Origin: Heterodontus francisci
Taxonomy: Eukaryota
Direction: 5' to 3'
DNA length: 64,000 bases
Assembly (NCBI RefSeq): GCF_036365525.1
Contig: NC_090388.1
Span: 65,466,258-65,530,257 of the forward strand
This document shows, in pieces, positions 62,475-64,000 of this stretch; positions within the stretch are counted from its first letter, which is position 1, and every line of letters begins with the position of its first letter. A model generated the notes under the pieces. It saw only the letters and a list, made by a program, of their open reading frames with translations. It did not search any database and was not told where the DNA came from. The translations under genes were made by a program, and so were the position numbers.

Positions 62475-63635
62475 ACATGAAGAGCCAACACTGCATCAGT
62501 ATCACTATCACACGTTAAATCTTTCCTCACTAACATGTTTTAGGAAACAATCATTTATTACATCTTCAAATCTTTCAATTGTCCTGTCATGATAGAAATT
62601 ACTTACATTTTGAATGCCCTTAATGCTTGTTCCACTTACCTTGCTTGGTGGATTATTTAAAACATATTATTTTCTGACTATGGAAACTGCTAAGGCTGTT
62701 CCAAAGTTGTTTCTATATTTTCATACCTTCCCTGTGAGGTGAAGAAGTAAGCACAGTGTCATGCAATAGACAGCAATAAAATATTTCAAATCTATTATAC
62801 AGATTGGCTTTAATTTTTTCTGTTGCAACTCTGTTACTGACAGCAGTGTTACAAGGTCCTGCAAGTCCATGTTTAAAATGACAGGATATGCTTGTTTTGC
62901 CTTTACAGCTCTTGTTGACAGGTGAGGAACACCGGGACTCATTGTAACTGCCCAGGACATTGGCACACACTCACGACAATAACACATGTCTTTTCCTTCT
63001 CTGATTTAATCTCTACTGGGTTTTGTTCTGGTAGTGGGAGGAGGGGAAGTTGAGAAACAAACCTGAGTTTGAGAAGTGAGTCATTCAAGAGATTATTTCT
63101 AGCATACAGTATGATCCAATGACTTTCAAAAAAGATAACAGGATGAATATAACATGATGTTTCACTACATAGGTTTTTTTTATGAGACTATTGGCGAAAA
63201 ATTTCCAAGGATGAAAATCATCTTAACATAGAAGGATTACAAATGGATATATATGTTACGTTTTGCAAGATTTACAATGCATTCGCATTACAACTGAAGT
63301 GTCTGTTAAAAGTGGTTTTGTTTCGCAGTGATGCTGCAGATAAGTGTAAATGCAGCCTGAATCCGGAATCAGGATCCAGTCTGACACCAGAGCGAAATGG
63401 AGTGAGATCCAGAATCAGTTTGAATCTTTCCACATGATTTCCACCCCAGGAATTTAGCTCAAACCGCCCCGCACCAATACTCAACCTGTTGTGTAAATGT
63501 ACCCCTAAGCTTTGGAACATAGCACAAATAAGATTCTCTGAATATGAAGAGATACTAAAAATAATCTTAGTAGCCTTTTTATGCAATGTACCTGTTTATT
63601 AATAGAGTTGCCAAGGGATGTAAGAAGATGAAATG

Positions 63636-63836
63636 AAAACAGAAAATGCTGGAAATACTCAGCAGGTCAGGCAGCATCTGTGGAGAGAAAAGTGGAGTTA
63701 ATGTTTCAAATCAATGACTTTTTGTCAGAAAGCTCTGTTTTCTCCCTCCAGAGATGTTGCTGGACCTGCTAAGTACACCCAGCATTTTCTGTTTTCATTT
63801 CAGATTTCTAGCAACTGCAGTATTTTGCTTGTGTAT
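63636..63836. mobile_element. Penelope pLTR remnants in inverted arrangement
   Basis: 63636-63730 is a minus copy and 63732-63836 a plus copy of the sequence seen at 26817, both more diverged. Confidence 0.7.
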
Positions 63837-64000
63837 TCTTGTTTAATTCACTGTCATTTATGTTTCAAGAATGCCCACCTTGAAGAAGTTTTTCCCTTCA
63901 TCCCCTTACACCCCCTCAATGAATTTCAAGCTCTCCTTCTGTCGCCTTTGCCTTCATATCCTCTTGTTTGGTCAGAAGTCTTGCCTCCACACTGCGGACC

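Noticed and set aside
63555-63564. MEF2-like site CTAAAAATAA as a muscle enhancer for ASB15 or LMOD2
   Set aside because: A single AT-rich 10-mer in AT-rich DNA is expected by chance, and no LMOD2 exon is visible in the window.

Overview
Eukaryotic, repeat-rich genomic DNA. The repeat families (CR1 LINEs, HE1-like V-SINEs, DeuSINEs) point to a cartilaginous fish, most likely a shark. Two complete spliced genes can be assembled by hand with GT-AG boundaries and consistent phases. NDUFA5 is on the minus strand (5 coding exons, 116 aa, 12970-20483). ASB15 is on the plus strand (9 coding exons, 580 aa, ankyrin repeats plus SOCS box, 28430-59587). They are divergent, as in other vertebrates. A CpG island at about 6.8-7.05 kb probably marks the promoter/first exon of the next minus-strand gene (IQUB, by synteny only). 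Most listed ORFs are transposon fragments or their antisense. Several insertions are nested and have readable target-site duplications (TSDs). The most unusual signals are: (1) a U1 snRNA-like structured segment in the 5' UTR of a Tx1 LINE whose ORF1 is interrupted by a Tx1 3' half; (2) very young Penelope-derived mini-elements with a variant minimal hammerhead ribozyme; (3) an RTE LINE with a twin-priming-type 5' inversion, sitting inside a Penelope copy that is itself inverted. Family names rest on remembered motifs, not database searches, and the boundaries of old repeats are approximate.
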